Virus record (IMG/VR): IMGVR_UViG_3300045988_100004
Span: 1 to 41,347 of that record
Origin: a virus
DNA length: 41,347 nt
Strand: one strand, 5' to 3'
Part shown: one piece after another, positions 15,400 to 22,303 of the stretch
Layout of the letters: the number at the start of each line of letters is the position of its first letter
Position numbering within the stretch: the first letter of the stretch is position 1
Program-made: the position numbers and the translations under genes
Notes under the pieces: generated by a model
What the model was told of the DNA's origin: nothing
Seen by the model: the letters and a program-made list of their open reading frames with translations, nothing else
Database searches by the model: none

Positions 15400-15676
15400 C
15401 AAGGCGATGCCGTTGGGCAGGAAGTTCAAGGTTCGGTTGACCATCACGCCGGAGGAAACCGGAACGCCCGTGGACATGCTGGGATTCACGTTCACCAGCG
15501 GCCGGAACGGGCATACGGAACTGGACGCAGAGTACAACAACATTCCCAAACTGGTTGACGACGGGCTCGACTCACTGTCGATTCTTGTGATCTTCAAAAC
15601 ACTGGAGATATGGGCCCAGAAGGGATATGAGCTGTACCAGCCCATCGCTCAACGATTTCACGGAGGCAGACGATGA
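15392..15676 (+). CDS. Hypothetical protein (94 aa)
   Basis: Second copy of the GACGATGAGTGA junction provides the start. Confidence 0.55.
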   Translation: MSDKAMPLGRKFKVRLTITPEETGTPVDMLGFTFTSGRNGHTELDAEYNNIPKLVDDGLDSLSILVIFKTLEIWAQKGYELYQPIAQRFHGGRR

Positions 15677-16488
15677 ACGGTGACGTGACTGCCATGGACA
15701 TCAATTGCGCACTCGCCTCCCGTTACCGGCGTGACGGTGACGGGTATTGGTCGGAGATTTCGGTCACTGAGCCGAATGACACGGTGCTGCGTCTGGACGG
15801 CGTGGCGTTGGAGGTCAACTGGCGCGGGGACACATGGATCAGCGGATTCGAGGTCAAGGTGAGTCGCGGCGATTTCCTCCGCGACGCGAAATACCTGTGC
15901 TACAAGAATTACGTGGACGATCTTACCCTCGTCTGCCCCGCCCGCATGATCGACCGCAGCGAGGTGCCCGAGCCGGTTGGCCTCATGTACTACGACCCGT
16001 CCAAACGCACGTTGAGATACCGGCGCAAACCCAACCCAAGTCATGGTGACACCCGGCAGGTCGAACACCGGCTGCTGAAAAAGCTCGCCGCCAGCAAACG
16101 GCCGGACCGGTACGGGCATTACGAGACCGCCGCCGAGTATGTCGCACAGCGAGAGGCGATGAAAGGCATAGGCCGTGCGCTCGGGACGAAGATGGCGTTG
16201 CGGCTCCAACAGCTCGAACAGTTGCAGGAACCCACCGAGGCACGACGTATACAGGCACAGTCCAAGGCGTTCGAACGGGTGTGCGACATCCTCAGCCGCC
16301 ACGGCTACCAAATCAGCCGGTGGACCCGCACCGAGGATCTTGAGACCAGACTGAAGGAACTGGACGAGGCGCTTTCGAGCGTGGTGCCCACCGGCACGGT
16401 GGACCGCGAGACCCTGTACGCCATCAGCTGCCTGCAACAGTTGAGAACGACTCTGGGACTCCAAGACCGAAAGGAGCACGGACGATGA
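15673..16488 (+). CDS. MmcB-like PD-(D/E)XK nuclease-fold protein (271 aa)
   Basis: ISGFEVKVSRGDFLRDAKYLCYKNYVDDLTLVCP...VPEPVGLMYYD matches the E-x-K / S-R-x-D-F / D-x-K pattern of MmcB-type repair proteins; ATGA coupling. Confidence 0.6.
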   Translation: MNGDVTAMDINCALASRYRRDGDGYWSEISVTEPNDTVLRLDGVALEVNWRGDTWISGFEVKVSRGDFLRDAKYLCYKNYVDDLTLVCPARMIDRSEVPEPVGLMYYDPSKRTLRYRRKPNPSHGDTRQVEHRLLKKLAASKRPDRYGHYETAAEYVAQREAMKGIGRALGTKMALRLQQLEQLQEPTEARRIQAQSKAFERVCDILSRHGYQISRWTRTEDLETRLKELDEALSSVVPTGTVDRETLYAISCLQQLRTTLGLQDRKEHGR

Positions 16489-16649
16489 GCTATAAGGCGA
16501 GGACATTCACCCGTGAGGAGTTTCGAAAGGTCATCGCAGCCGCCATCTACGACTACGAACACGCTCCCGCGAAATGCCTCTACACGACCAAGGATGCGGC
16601 AGACCAACTCTACGGCCATTACGGCGAGGAAACCGAGGTGGAGGAATGA
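16485..16649 (+). CDS. Small hypothetical protein (54 aa)
   Basis: Not in the ORF track (under 60 aa); ATGA overlaps at both ends; high GC3 (MSYKARTFTREEFRKVIAAAIYDYEH...). Confidence 0.5.
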   Translation: MSYKARTFTREEFRKVIAAAIYDYEHAPAKCLYTTKDAADQLYGHYGEETEVEE

Positions 16650-16891
16650 AACCACGAGTGTATGACGATTTGGTCCAATCCGCCGTCGAATTGAGTTGCT
16701 TCGGTACAGGCCAGTCAACCATCGAGGAAGGCCGAGCCGCCTATCAAGCATGGCTCAAGGAGCATGACCGGCAGATAGCCGAAAAAGCATGGGAAGAAGG
16801 GTATATCCAAGCCGTCAAGAACATGAATCCCATGCCCGGCGAGGAATCGCCCGAATACACGCCAAACCCATATCGAAAGGAGAACGCATGA
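16646..16891 (+). CDS. Hypothetical protein (81 aa)
   Basis: ORF 16574..16891 trimmed to MKPRVYDD with a GAGGTGGAGGA SD. Confidence 0.6.
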   Translation: MKPRVYDDLVQSAVELSCFGTGQSTIEEGRAAYQAWLKEHDRQIAEKAWEEGYIQAVKNMNPMPGEESPEYTPNPYRKENA

Positions 16892-17100
16892 ACGAGATTC
16901 AGCTTACAGACCATTTGGTCGCGCATATCAGCGCGGGAAGCGACTACGGCCGTTATCAAGCCAAAATCTGCGAAGACGGCAACTTCAGAAACTTCCTGTA
17001 CGCCATGAGCCTCAAACGTCTCAAACGCAAATGCGAGAAGTATGCGAAGCGTGAACGCAAGGCCATCGCATATGTCGCCACGCTCAAGGAGGAAGCATGA
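16888..17100 (+). CDS. Hypothetical protein (70 aa)
   Basis: AAAGGAGAA SD, ATGA overlap. Confidence 0.6.
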   Translation: MNEIQLTDHLVAHISAGSDYGRYQAKICEDGNFRNFLYAMSLKRLKRKCEKYAKRERKAIAYVATLKEEA

Positions 17101-17414
17101 ATCGATTGAAGACTGAGCCGGGCATCACCCGTCACGGGGAAGGAGGGCTCGTGTTGAAACGGGATAAGTGGTCCATCGAGTCCACCATCGGGCTCGCTTT
17201 CATTGTCGTCAGCATCATCATCGGCGGGATGGCGTTGGCCGTCATCGGCTTCACCGCCGCCGCTGTGAACCCGACGCCGGAACAGACCATCATCCAACAG
17301 GTCGAAACCACCGGGGACGTGAAACGGCTCTGCATCGAAGCCAAGACCGGCGAACACATCGACGCCATGAGCTGCCAGCTCATCGACCCGCAATCGGGGG
17401 GCGTCATGCGATGA
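17097..17414 (+). CDS. Membrane protein (105 aa)
   Basis: TM segment GLAFIVVSIIIGGMALAVIGF; ATGA overlaps. Confidence 0.6.
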   Translation: MNRLKTEPGITRHGEGGLVLKRDKWSIESTIGLAFIVVSIIIGGMALAVIGFTAAAVNPTPEQTIIQQVETTGDVKRLCIEAKTGEHIDAMSCQLIDPQSGGVMR

Positions 17415-17920
17415 AAGGCGAACAGAAGGCCAGTGAGCGCAAACCCTCGTGGCTTCGCGCGTTCGTCCCGAAATCGAGTCCTCTTGTGGTCACTGTCTGC
17501 GAGGGGTGCGGTCTGTACGTCATCGAGGATCGGGAGAGCGTGTGGGAGTCGTGGGATTACGGGCTTGTGGAGGGTGACGACCTGACCGTGGCGATAATCC
17601 TCGGCCGCCCGTTGACGCGCGTTACATGGCTGCCTTCGGTCGGCCACCCGTTGTTGCGCAGCGTGAGCGGGAGCGCGGGCATCAGCCCGGACGGCCAATA
17701 CCTCGCCGGCCACACATGCCGCTTGGCTCGGGTGAGCGTCAAACCGTTCACGCCGCCGAAAAGGGAGCGCCCGCCGGGCAAGCCATGGGGAGGGAGCAAC
17801 CTTACGAAACGGGAGGTCGAGGAGTTCAAACGCATCTGGAACATGCCGTATTCGCGGCTCAAATATGAGAAAGCCCCAACCGTGGTCGGCCAGGGCGATG
17901 AGATCCAAGCATTATTCTAG
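17411..17920 (+). CDS. Hypothetical protein (169 aa)
   Basis: ORF 17168..17920 trimmed to MKGEQKASE at the ATGA overlap; the upstream part of the ORF is an H/R-rich off-frame artefact. Confidence 0.6.
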   Translation: MKGEQKASERKPSWLRAFVPKSSPLVVTVCEGCGLYVIEDRESVWESWDYGLVEGDDLTVAIILGRPLTRVTWLPSVGHPLLRSVSGSAGISPDGQYLAGHTCRLARVSVKPFTPPKRERPPGKPWGGSNLTKREVEEFKRIWNMPYSRLKYEKAPTVVGQGDEIQALF

Positions 17921-17944
17921 CCGACCAGCCGGAAGGGGCTCAGC

Positions 17945-18712
17945 ATGGACTGTCAGAACTGTAGGACGATGACCGAAGAGGGGTATTCAGTGTGCGTGAC
18001 GTGCGAGCTGCGCTTCGCCGGCACGCTCCTGCGCTTGGCGCGTGATGTCACGCCGTTGCACGACTCATTGGACGCGACACTGCACCCGGGAGGGCATTCG
18101 CCCGTCAGAATCCAGACGGCCACTCCCCCGACTCCAATCAGGCTCGACGTGCTCGACCTGATTGACATGCTCGACGCGACGGCCCGTGAACTGTGGCGTT
18201 GTCTCGACGGTATCGACGCCTTGGACTGGCGCAAAGACAAACGCAACGAGGATTTGAAGGCCACGCTCATCGCATGCGCCGGACACCCCAAGCTCGCCAC
18301 CTTCGCGGACGCCTGCCTCTACATGCACATAATCAACAACCTCGCCCGCAAGGTTGACCTCGCGTTGGATCCGCCCGAGCAGCGCAGGGAGATCGGCACC
18401 TGCGAACTGTGCGGGACCATGCTCACCGCAGGACAGGCAGACCAGTGGGTCACGTGTCCCGTGTGCGGGAGGGAGCAGCGAGCGCAGACGGTCAAACTGC
18501 GCAGACTCAAGACATTGTGCTGGGATGACTCCAAGCGAGGCTCCGCCGCCGACATCGCCAAGGCTTTCACCGGCGCGGGTATCAAGGTCAGTCGCAAGAC
18601 CATCACCATGTGGGGGCAACGCGACAAGATCTTCCGTCACGCGGATGGATACGCCTACTGCGACGTGTACCGGCTGCTCATCGGACCCGCTGATTTGACA
18701 GTTATGGCTTAG
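17945..18712 (+). CDS. Double zinc-ribbon protein with C-terminal HTH-like segment (255 aa); candidate late-gene regulator
   Basis: CQNC..CVTC at the N-terminus, CELC...CPVC centrally, then SAADIAKAFTGAGIKVSRKTITMW; last gene of the early operon before a bidirectional terminator. Confidence 0.7.
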   Translation: MDCQNCRTMTEEGYSVCVTCELRFAGTLLRLARDVTPLHDSLDATLHPGGHSPVRIQTATPPTPIRLDVLDLIDMLDATARELWRCLDGIDALDWRKDKRNEDLKATLIACAGHPKLATFADACLYMHIINNLARKVDLALDPPEQRREIGTCELCGTMLTAGQADQWVTCPVCGREQRAQTVKLRRLKTLCWDDSKRGSAADIAKAFTGAGIKVSRKTITMWGQRDKIFRHADGYAYCDVYRLLIGPADLTVMA

Positions 18713-18744
18713 TGTTGCCATAATAAGCAGTGGCAGAAGTGTCG

Positions 18745-18772
18745 AAAAACCCAGCTCAAGTGGCTGGGTTTT
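18745..18772. terminator. Bidirectional intrinsic terminator between convergent genes
   Basis: AAAAACCCAGC-tcaagtg-GCTGGGTTTT: A-tract/T-tract flanked 8-10-bp stem between 17945..18712(+) and 18780..18983(-). Confidence 0.75.
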
Positions 18773-18779
18773 CGCATAT

Positions 18780-18983
18780 CTATGCTTTGTTCTTGCGTGG
18801 CCGTCCCCCGCCGACACCACGTCCCGGACGTTGGGCGTTCCATCCATCGATGGTCTCAGGCAACCAGCCGCGCGTGCGTCCTATCGTGGCGTCGGGCTCA
18901 GGGAGTTTTAGGTTGAGCAGGCCGCCACTGGTGATGCCGAGGCGTTCGGCGACCTGTTTGACGCCGAGGTATTCAGTCGTCAT
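18780..18983 (-). CDS. Excisionase/AlpA-type HTH protein (67 aa)
   Basis: ORF trimmed to MTTEYLGVKQVAERLGITSGGLLNLKLPEPD...GWLPETIDGW; AAGGAAGG SD; overlaps the upstream peptide gene by 11 nt. Confidence 0.7.
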   Translation of the reverse strand: MTTEYLGVKQVAERLGITSGGLLNLKLPEPDATIGRTRGWLPETIDGWNAQRPGRGVGGGRPRKNKA

Positions 18984-19143
18984 TGTTGCCTTCCTTGCCG
19001 TTGATGATTCCGGCCGCAAGGCCCATGATTCCGGCCGCGAGACCGAAGCCGCCAGATACTATCGGGCTGTTGGACAGCGCGCCGCCCAAGGCCATGGCCC
19101 CGAACGTCAGGGCCACGATTCCGAAAATCAGTGATGTTCTCAT
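18973..19143 (-). CDS. Small Gly/Ala-rich two-TM membrane protein (56 aa)
   Basis: Not in the ORF track; MRTSLIFGIVALTFGAMALGGALSNSPIVSGGFGLAAGIMGLAAGIINGKEGNNDD; high GC3; coupled to the HTH gene. Confidence 0.5.
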   Translation of the reverse strand: MRTSLIFGIVALTFGAMALGGALSNSPIVSGGFGLAAGIMGLAAGIINGKEGNNDD

Positions 19144-19176
19144 GATGTGTTTCCGATGAGATAGGATTGGTGGGGA

Positions 19177-19211
19177 GGTTCCGGCTAGCAGGATTAGCCG
19201 GAACCTTTTTT
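19177..19211 (+). terminator. Intrinsic terminator oriented for the plus strand, embedded in a minus-strand cassette
   Basis: GGTTCCGGCTA-gcaggat-TAGCCGGAACC then TTTTTT (19206-19211); the T-tract overlaps the stop codon of the 35-aa peptide gene on the other strand. Confidence 0.65.
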
Positions 19212-19317
19212 ACTTCTTGTGCTTCGGTCTCCGTCTAATTGCGATGATTATGGCTATCGCGGCGAGGACGTTGGCGATGATGCCGTTGATGACATCGAAC
19301 CAATCCTTTGGATTCAT
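19210..19317 (-). CDS. 35-aa single-TM peptide with basic tail
   Basis: Strong AAAGGAGGT SD 5 nt from the ATG; MNPKDWFDVINGIIANVLAAIAIIIAIRRRPKHKK. Confidence 0.55.
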   Translation of the reverse strand: MNPKDWFDVINGIIANVLAAIAIIIAIRRRPKHKK

Positions 19318-19337
19318 CGGTACCTCCTTTCTGCTGA

Positions 19338-19370
19338 CATATCTATAGTAACACAATAACTATAGATATG
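19338..19370. promoter_or_regulatory. AT-rich 12-bp inverted repeat carrying two opposed TATAGT -10-like hexamers
   Basis: CATATCTATAGT-aacacaata-ACTATAGATATG; the minus-strand hexamer has TTGGTG (19387-19382) at 17-bp spacing; lies between the minus cassette and the HNH/packaging operon. Confidence 0.55.
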
Positions 19371-19422
19371 CAAGCCGAGGACACCAAGACACGCCAACAA
19401 ACACAATGACTGCGAGGCACAC

Positions 19423-19821
19423 ATGAGCTGGCGAGTCTGCTCGACCCCCGGATGCCCGAACCTCATCGAGACACCGGCACGCAAATGCGACGCCTGCACC
19501 CGAGCCCAACGGGACCGCACCCGTACCCGAGGCCATAACCCCTACGGCACCAAGGGACACCAATCATTCCGCAGGCAAGTGCTTGCACGAGACCCATACT
19601 GCATGTGCCCCGGCGACTCCGGACGCGGAGGCTGCGGCAAACACCACGGACTCTGCGGCAATCCAAGCACAATCGCAGACCATTACCCATACGAAAGAAC
19701 CGAACTCATCGACATGCGACTCAACCCCAACGACCCGAAGTTCGGACGAGGCCTATGCAAACAATGCCACGATGTAAAAACCGGCAAAACAAGACCAGCA
19801 GGCTTCAACACCAGGCAATAA
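19423..19821 (+). CDS. HNH endonuclease (132 aa), terminase-associated
   Basis: Cys-rich; ADHYPYER...CKQCHDVKT HNH core; immediately upstream of terS/terL as in cos-type HK97-like phages. Confidence 0.85.
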   Translation: MSWRVCSTPGCPNLIETPARKCDACTRAQRDRTRTRGHNPYGTKGHQSFRRQVLARDPYCMCPGDSGRGGCGKHHGLCGNPSTIADHYPYERTELIDMRLNPNDPKFGRGLCKQCHDVKTGKTRPAGFNTRQ

Positions 19822-19860
19822 GCAAACACGCTGTGCATCCCGACAAAAAACAGCCGGCAA

Positions 19861-19896
19861 CACCCCCAGGGGGGGGGGTGGGGTGACGACCACCCC
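19861..19896. other. G/C-tract structured element between HNH and terS; cos-site candidate
   Basis: CACCCCC-A-G10-T-GGGGTG-acgac-CACCCC; G10 run at 19869-19878; position matches the usual cos location. Confidence 0.35.
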
Positions 19897-20019
19897 GCTT
19901 GGACCGCCGGTGAGCTGTCTGCCGGGTGCGCAGGGTTCAAACATCGCTGGCGGGCCGCCGCGAGGGCGGTCTCGTCGATCTGTCGCTAGGGCGCAAGGCC
20001 ATGACGAGAGGTGAACATC

Positions 20020-20547
20020 ATGCCAAGTGGAGGCAAACGAGTACGCTCCGGGCCGGCCAAGGACCCGAACAGCGAGAAGAGTCGGAGACTCGGATACACA
20101 TTGCAGAGCCTGCCGAACACCGAGTGCCGGATGAAGCCGCCGGAATGGCCCTTGGAGCCAGCCGATGACGAGCGCGTCCGCAAACTTGAGGCGGAGAAGT
20201 GGAAGTGGCTGTGGAAGCTGCCTCAGGCACGCGCCTGGCATCTGCCCCAGTTCAAGTGGATGATTCACGAACTGGCGTTGTACGCGCGGCTTTCCACCGC
20301 ATGCGAGAGCGTGCCGGCACCCACGGCGTTGACCGTGCTGCTGCGCATCTCCGACCGCGTCGGCATGAGCGTGGCCGGATTGCAGGCGTTGGGCTGGAAA
20401 ATCGAGGCCGAGGCCGAGCGGAAGCCAGTCGATTCGGAGTTCACGCGCCGCAGGGCCAAGGAGCTGAATCAGGAATCAGCCGCCGAACGCTCTCCCATGG
20501 ACGAGACGAGGCATGTGTACCAGCGTCGGATGAGCGGCAATGGCTGA
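20020..20547 (+). CDS. terS: Terminase small subunit (175 aa)
   Basis: MPSGGKRVRSGPAKDPNSEKSRR...LPQARAWHLPQF resembles P27-type TerS N-termini; GAGAGGTGA SD; overlaps the terL start. Confidence 0.75.
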   Translation: MPSGGKRVRSGPAKDPNSEKSRRLGYTLQSLPNTECRMKPPEWPLEPADDERVRKLEAEKWKWLWKLPQARAWHLPQFKWMIHELALYARLSTACESVPAPTALTVLLRISDRVGMSVAGLQALGWKIEAEAERKPVDSEFTRRRAKELNQESAAERSPMDETRHVYQRRMSGNG

Positions 20548-21664
20548 CGAGGATTCATGGCTCATCGACTTCCCCACGTTGGGGCATCTGGTGTGCGCAT
20601 GGATCGAACGCCATTGCCGACAGCCGGACGGCCCGTTGCGAGGCCGTCCGGTGGTGCTGTCCGACTGGCAGTACTGGCTGGCGGCGAACCGTTGGCGTAT
20701 CCGCGAGGACGCTCCCTATGTGCCGCCCGAGGAAGTCACCGTCGACAACCCGATGGTGCTCAACCAGGCATTCGAATACCGCATGACGCTGACCGTCGGA
20801 CCGCAGAAATGGGGCAAGGGGCCATGCACGGCGTTCTTCACCGCCGCCGAGGGCTGCGGGCCCACCATCTTCGATGGCTGGGCGCGAGAAGGCGACGTGT
20901 ACCGTTGCGCTGACAACGGTTGTCTGTGCGGCTGGGAGTGGCCGTACAATCCGGGTGAGCCGAAAGGCCGTCGGCATCCGTCGCCGCTTATCCAGTTGAC
21001 GGCGAATTCCGAGGAGCAGGTGCGTAACATCTACCGTCCTCTCGTGGCGACGATCCTGCTGGGCCCGCTCAAGGAGCTCATGCGCGTGAGGGACACCTTC
21101 ATACGTATTTTGCAGCCGGGGCGCGAGGGCGAGGCCGACGCCTTGGACTTGGATCGCATCGACGTGGTGACCGCCTCGGCGAAATCCCGTCTGGGCAATC
21201 CGATCACGGACGCCGAACAGGACGAGGCCGGCCTGTACACGAAATCGAACGGCATGATAGCGGTCGCCACCACGCAGCGTCGAGGAGCCGCCGGTATGGG
21301 CGGCCGCACGCATGCGTGGACGAACTCGTGGGATCCGGGCGAGGACAGTTACGCGCAGCAGGTGTTCGAGAACGCCGAGGACGACGTGTTCGTGTTCTAT
21401 CGGAACCCCGATCTGGCGAAATCATTGCGTCACCGCGACGGCCGGCCGTTGGACTTCAATCTGAAATCCGAACGCTTGAAGATGCTCGAATACGTGTATC
21501 GCGGCTCCCCGTGGGTCGATCTGAATTCCATCGAATCGGAGGCCAAGGCGCTGATGAAGACCGACCCGACCCAGGCGGAACGGTTCTTCGGGAACCGTCT
21601 GGTGCAGGGCGGCGGCGCATGGCTCGAAGACGGACTGTGGGAGAGCTGCTATGCCGGCGCATGA
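20540..21664 (+). CDS. terL: Terminase large subunit, ATPase domain ORF (374 aa)
   Basis: Walker-A-like GPQKWGKGP, Walker-B-like EQDEAGLY, C-terminal ...AERFFGNRLVQGGGAWLEDGLWESC typical of the ATPase/nuclease linker. Confidence 0.8.
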   Translation: MADEDSWLIDFPTLGHLVCAWIERHCRQPDGPLRGRPVVLSDWQYWLAANRWRIREDAPYVPPEEVTVDNPMVLNQAFEYRMTLTVGPQKWGKGPCTAFFTAAEGCGPTIFDGWAREGDVYRCADNGCLCGWEWPYNPGEPKGRRHPSPLIQLTANSEEQVRNIYRPLVATILLGPLKELMRVRDTFIRILQPGREGEADALDLDRIDVVTASAKSRLGNPITDAEQDEAGLYTKSNGMIAVATTQRRGAAGMGGRTHAWTNSWDPGEDSYAQQVFENAEDDVFVFYRNPDLAKSLRHRDGRPLDFNLKSERLKMLEYVYRGSPWVDLNSIESEAKALMKTDPTQAERFFGNRLVQGGGAWLEDGLWESCYAGA

Positions 21665-22301
21665 ACTCTGGTTGCCGAACCCGCCAAAAGGCACGCGCGT
21701 GTGCGCGGGCTTCGACGGTTCGGAGAACGACGACTGGACATGCATCAAGATGGAGACCCTCGACGGGCTGATATTCACCCCCCGATACGGGCCAGACCAG
21801 CGTGCGACCATCTGGAACCCGAAGCAGTGGGGCGGGCGCATCCCCCGCGCCGAGGTATCCGCAGCATGGGCGGAACTCAACGACCGCTACAAGATAGAAC
21901 GCGCCTACTGCGATCCCGGCTTCCGCGACGAACTGTCGTGGGAGTCGGAGATAGAGGCATGGGATCGCGCCTACGGGCCGAAGAAATTCATGCCATGGAG
22001 CATGTCGGGCAGCTCCCGCATCGGAGCCGTCTACGAGGCGCTTCGCCGCTTCGAGGCCGACCTGACCACGCACAGGATCACACAGGACGGGTGCCCTATC
22101 ACCCGCACCCACATGATGAACGCGCGAAAGGTCGCCAAGACCTTGGAACGCTACGGATTGGCGAAACCACAGCAGAACAGGAAGATAGACGCCGCCGTGA
22201 CCAGCGTGCTCGCCCACGAAGCCGCATGCGACGCGCGAGCCGCCGGCTGGGGCGCTCGCAAACACAATTACATGCTTACCGGATCATCGACCAGGAGGTG
22301 A
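21651..22301 (+). CDS. terL: Terminase large subunit, RNase H-like nuclease domain ORF (216 aa), +1 frame relative to the ATPase ORF
   Basis: GFDGSENDDWT, AYCDPG, RKIDAAVTSVLA acidic-triad blocks; 14-nt overlap with the upstream ORF; GGGAGAG 6 nt before its ATG. Confidence 0.75.
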   Translation: MPAHELWLPNPPKGTRVCAGFDGSENDDWTCIKMETLDGLIFTPRYGPDQRATIWNPKQWGGRIPRAEVSAAWAELNDRYKIERAYCDPGFRDELSWESEIEAWDRAYGPKKFMPWSMSGSSRIGAVYEALRRFEADLTTHRITQDGCPITRTHMMNARKVAKTLERYGLAKPQQNRKIDAAVTSVLAHEAACDARAAGWGARKHNYMLTGSSTRR

Positions 22302-22303
22302 CG

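Noticed and set aside
15658-18847. Minus-strand ORFs 15658..16506, 17132..17908, 18065..18847
   Set aside because: They lie antisense to translationally coupled plus-strand genes and have low-complexity R/H/G/P-rich translations.
21701-22303. Upstream part of ORF 21701..23797 (698 aa) as a longer portal
   Set aside because: It overlaps the TerL nuclease ORF out of frame with an R-rich translation. AGGAGGTGA-ATG at 22304 is the evident portal start. The same logic was applied to ORFs 24506.., 28421.., 33549.., 17168.., 12602.., 5823.. and 8894...
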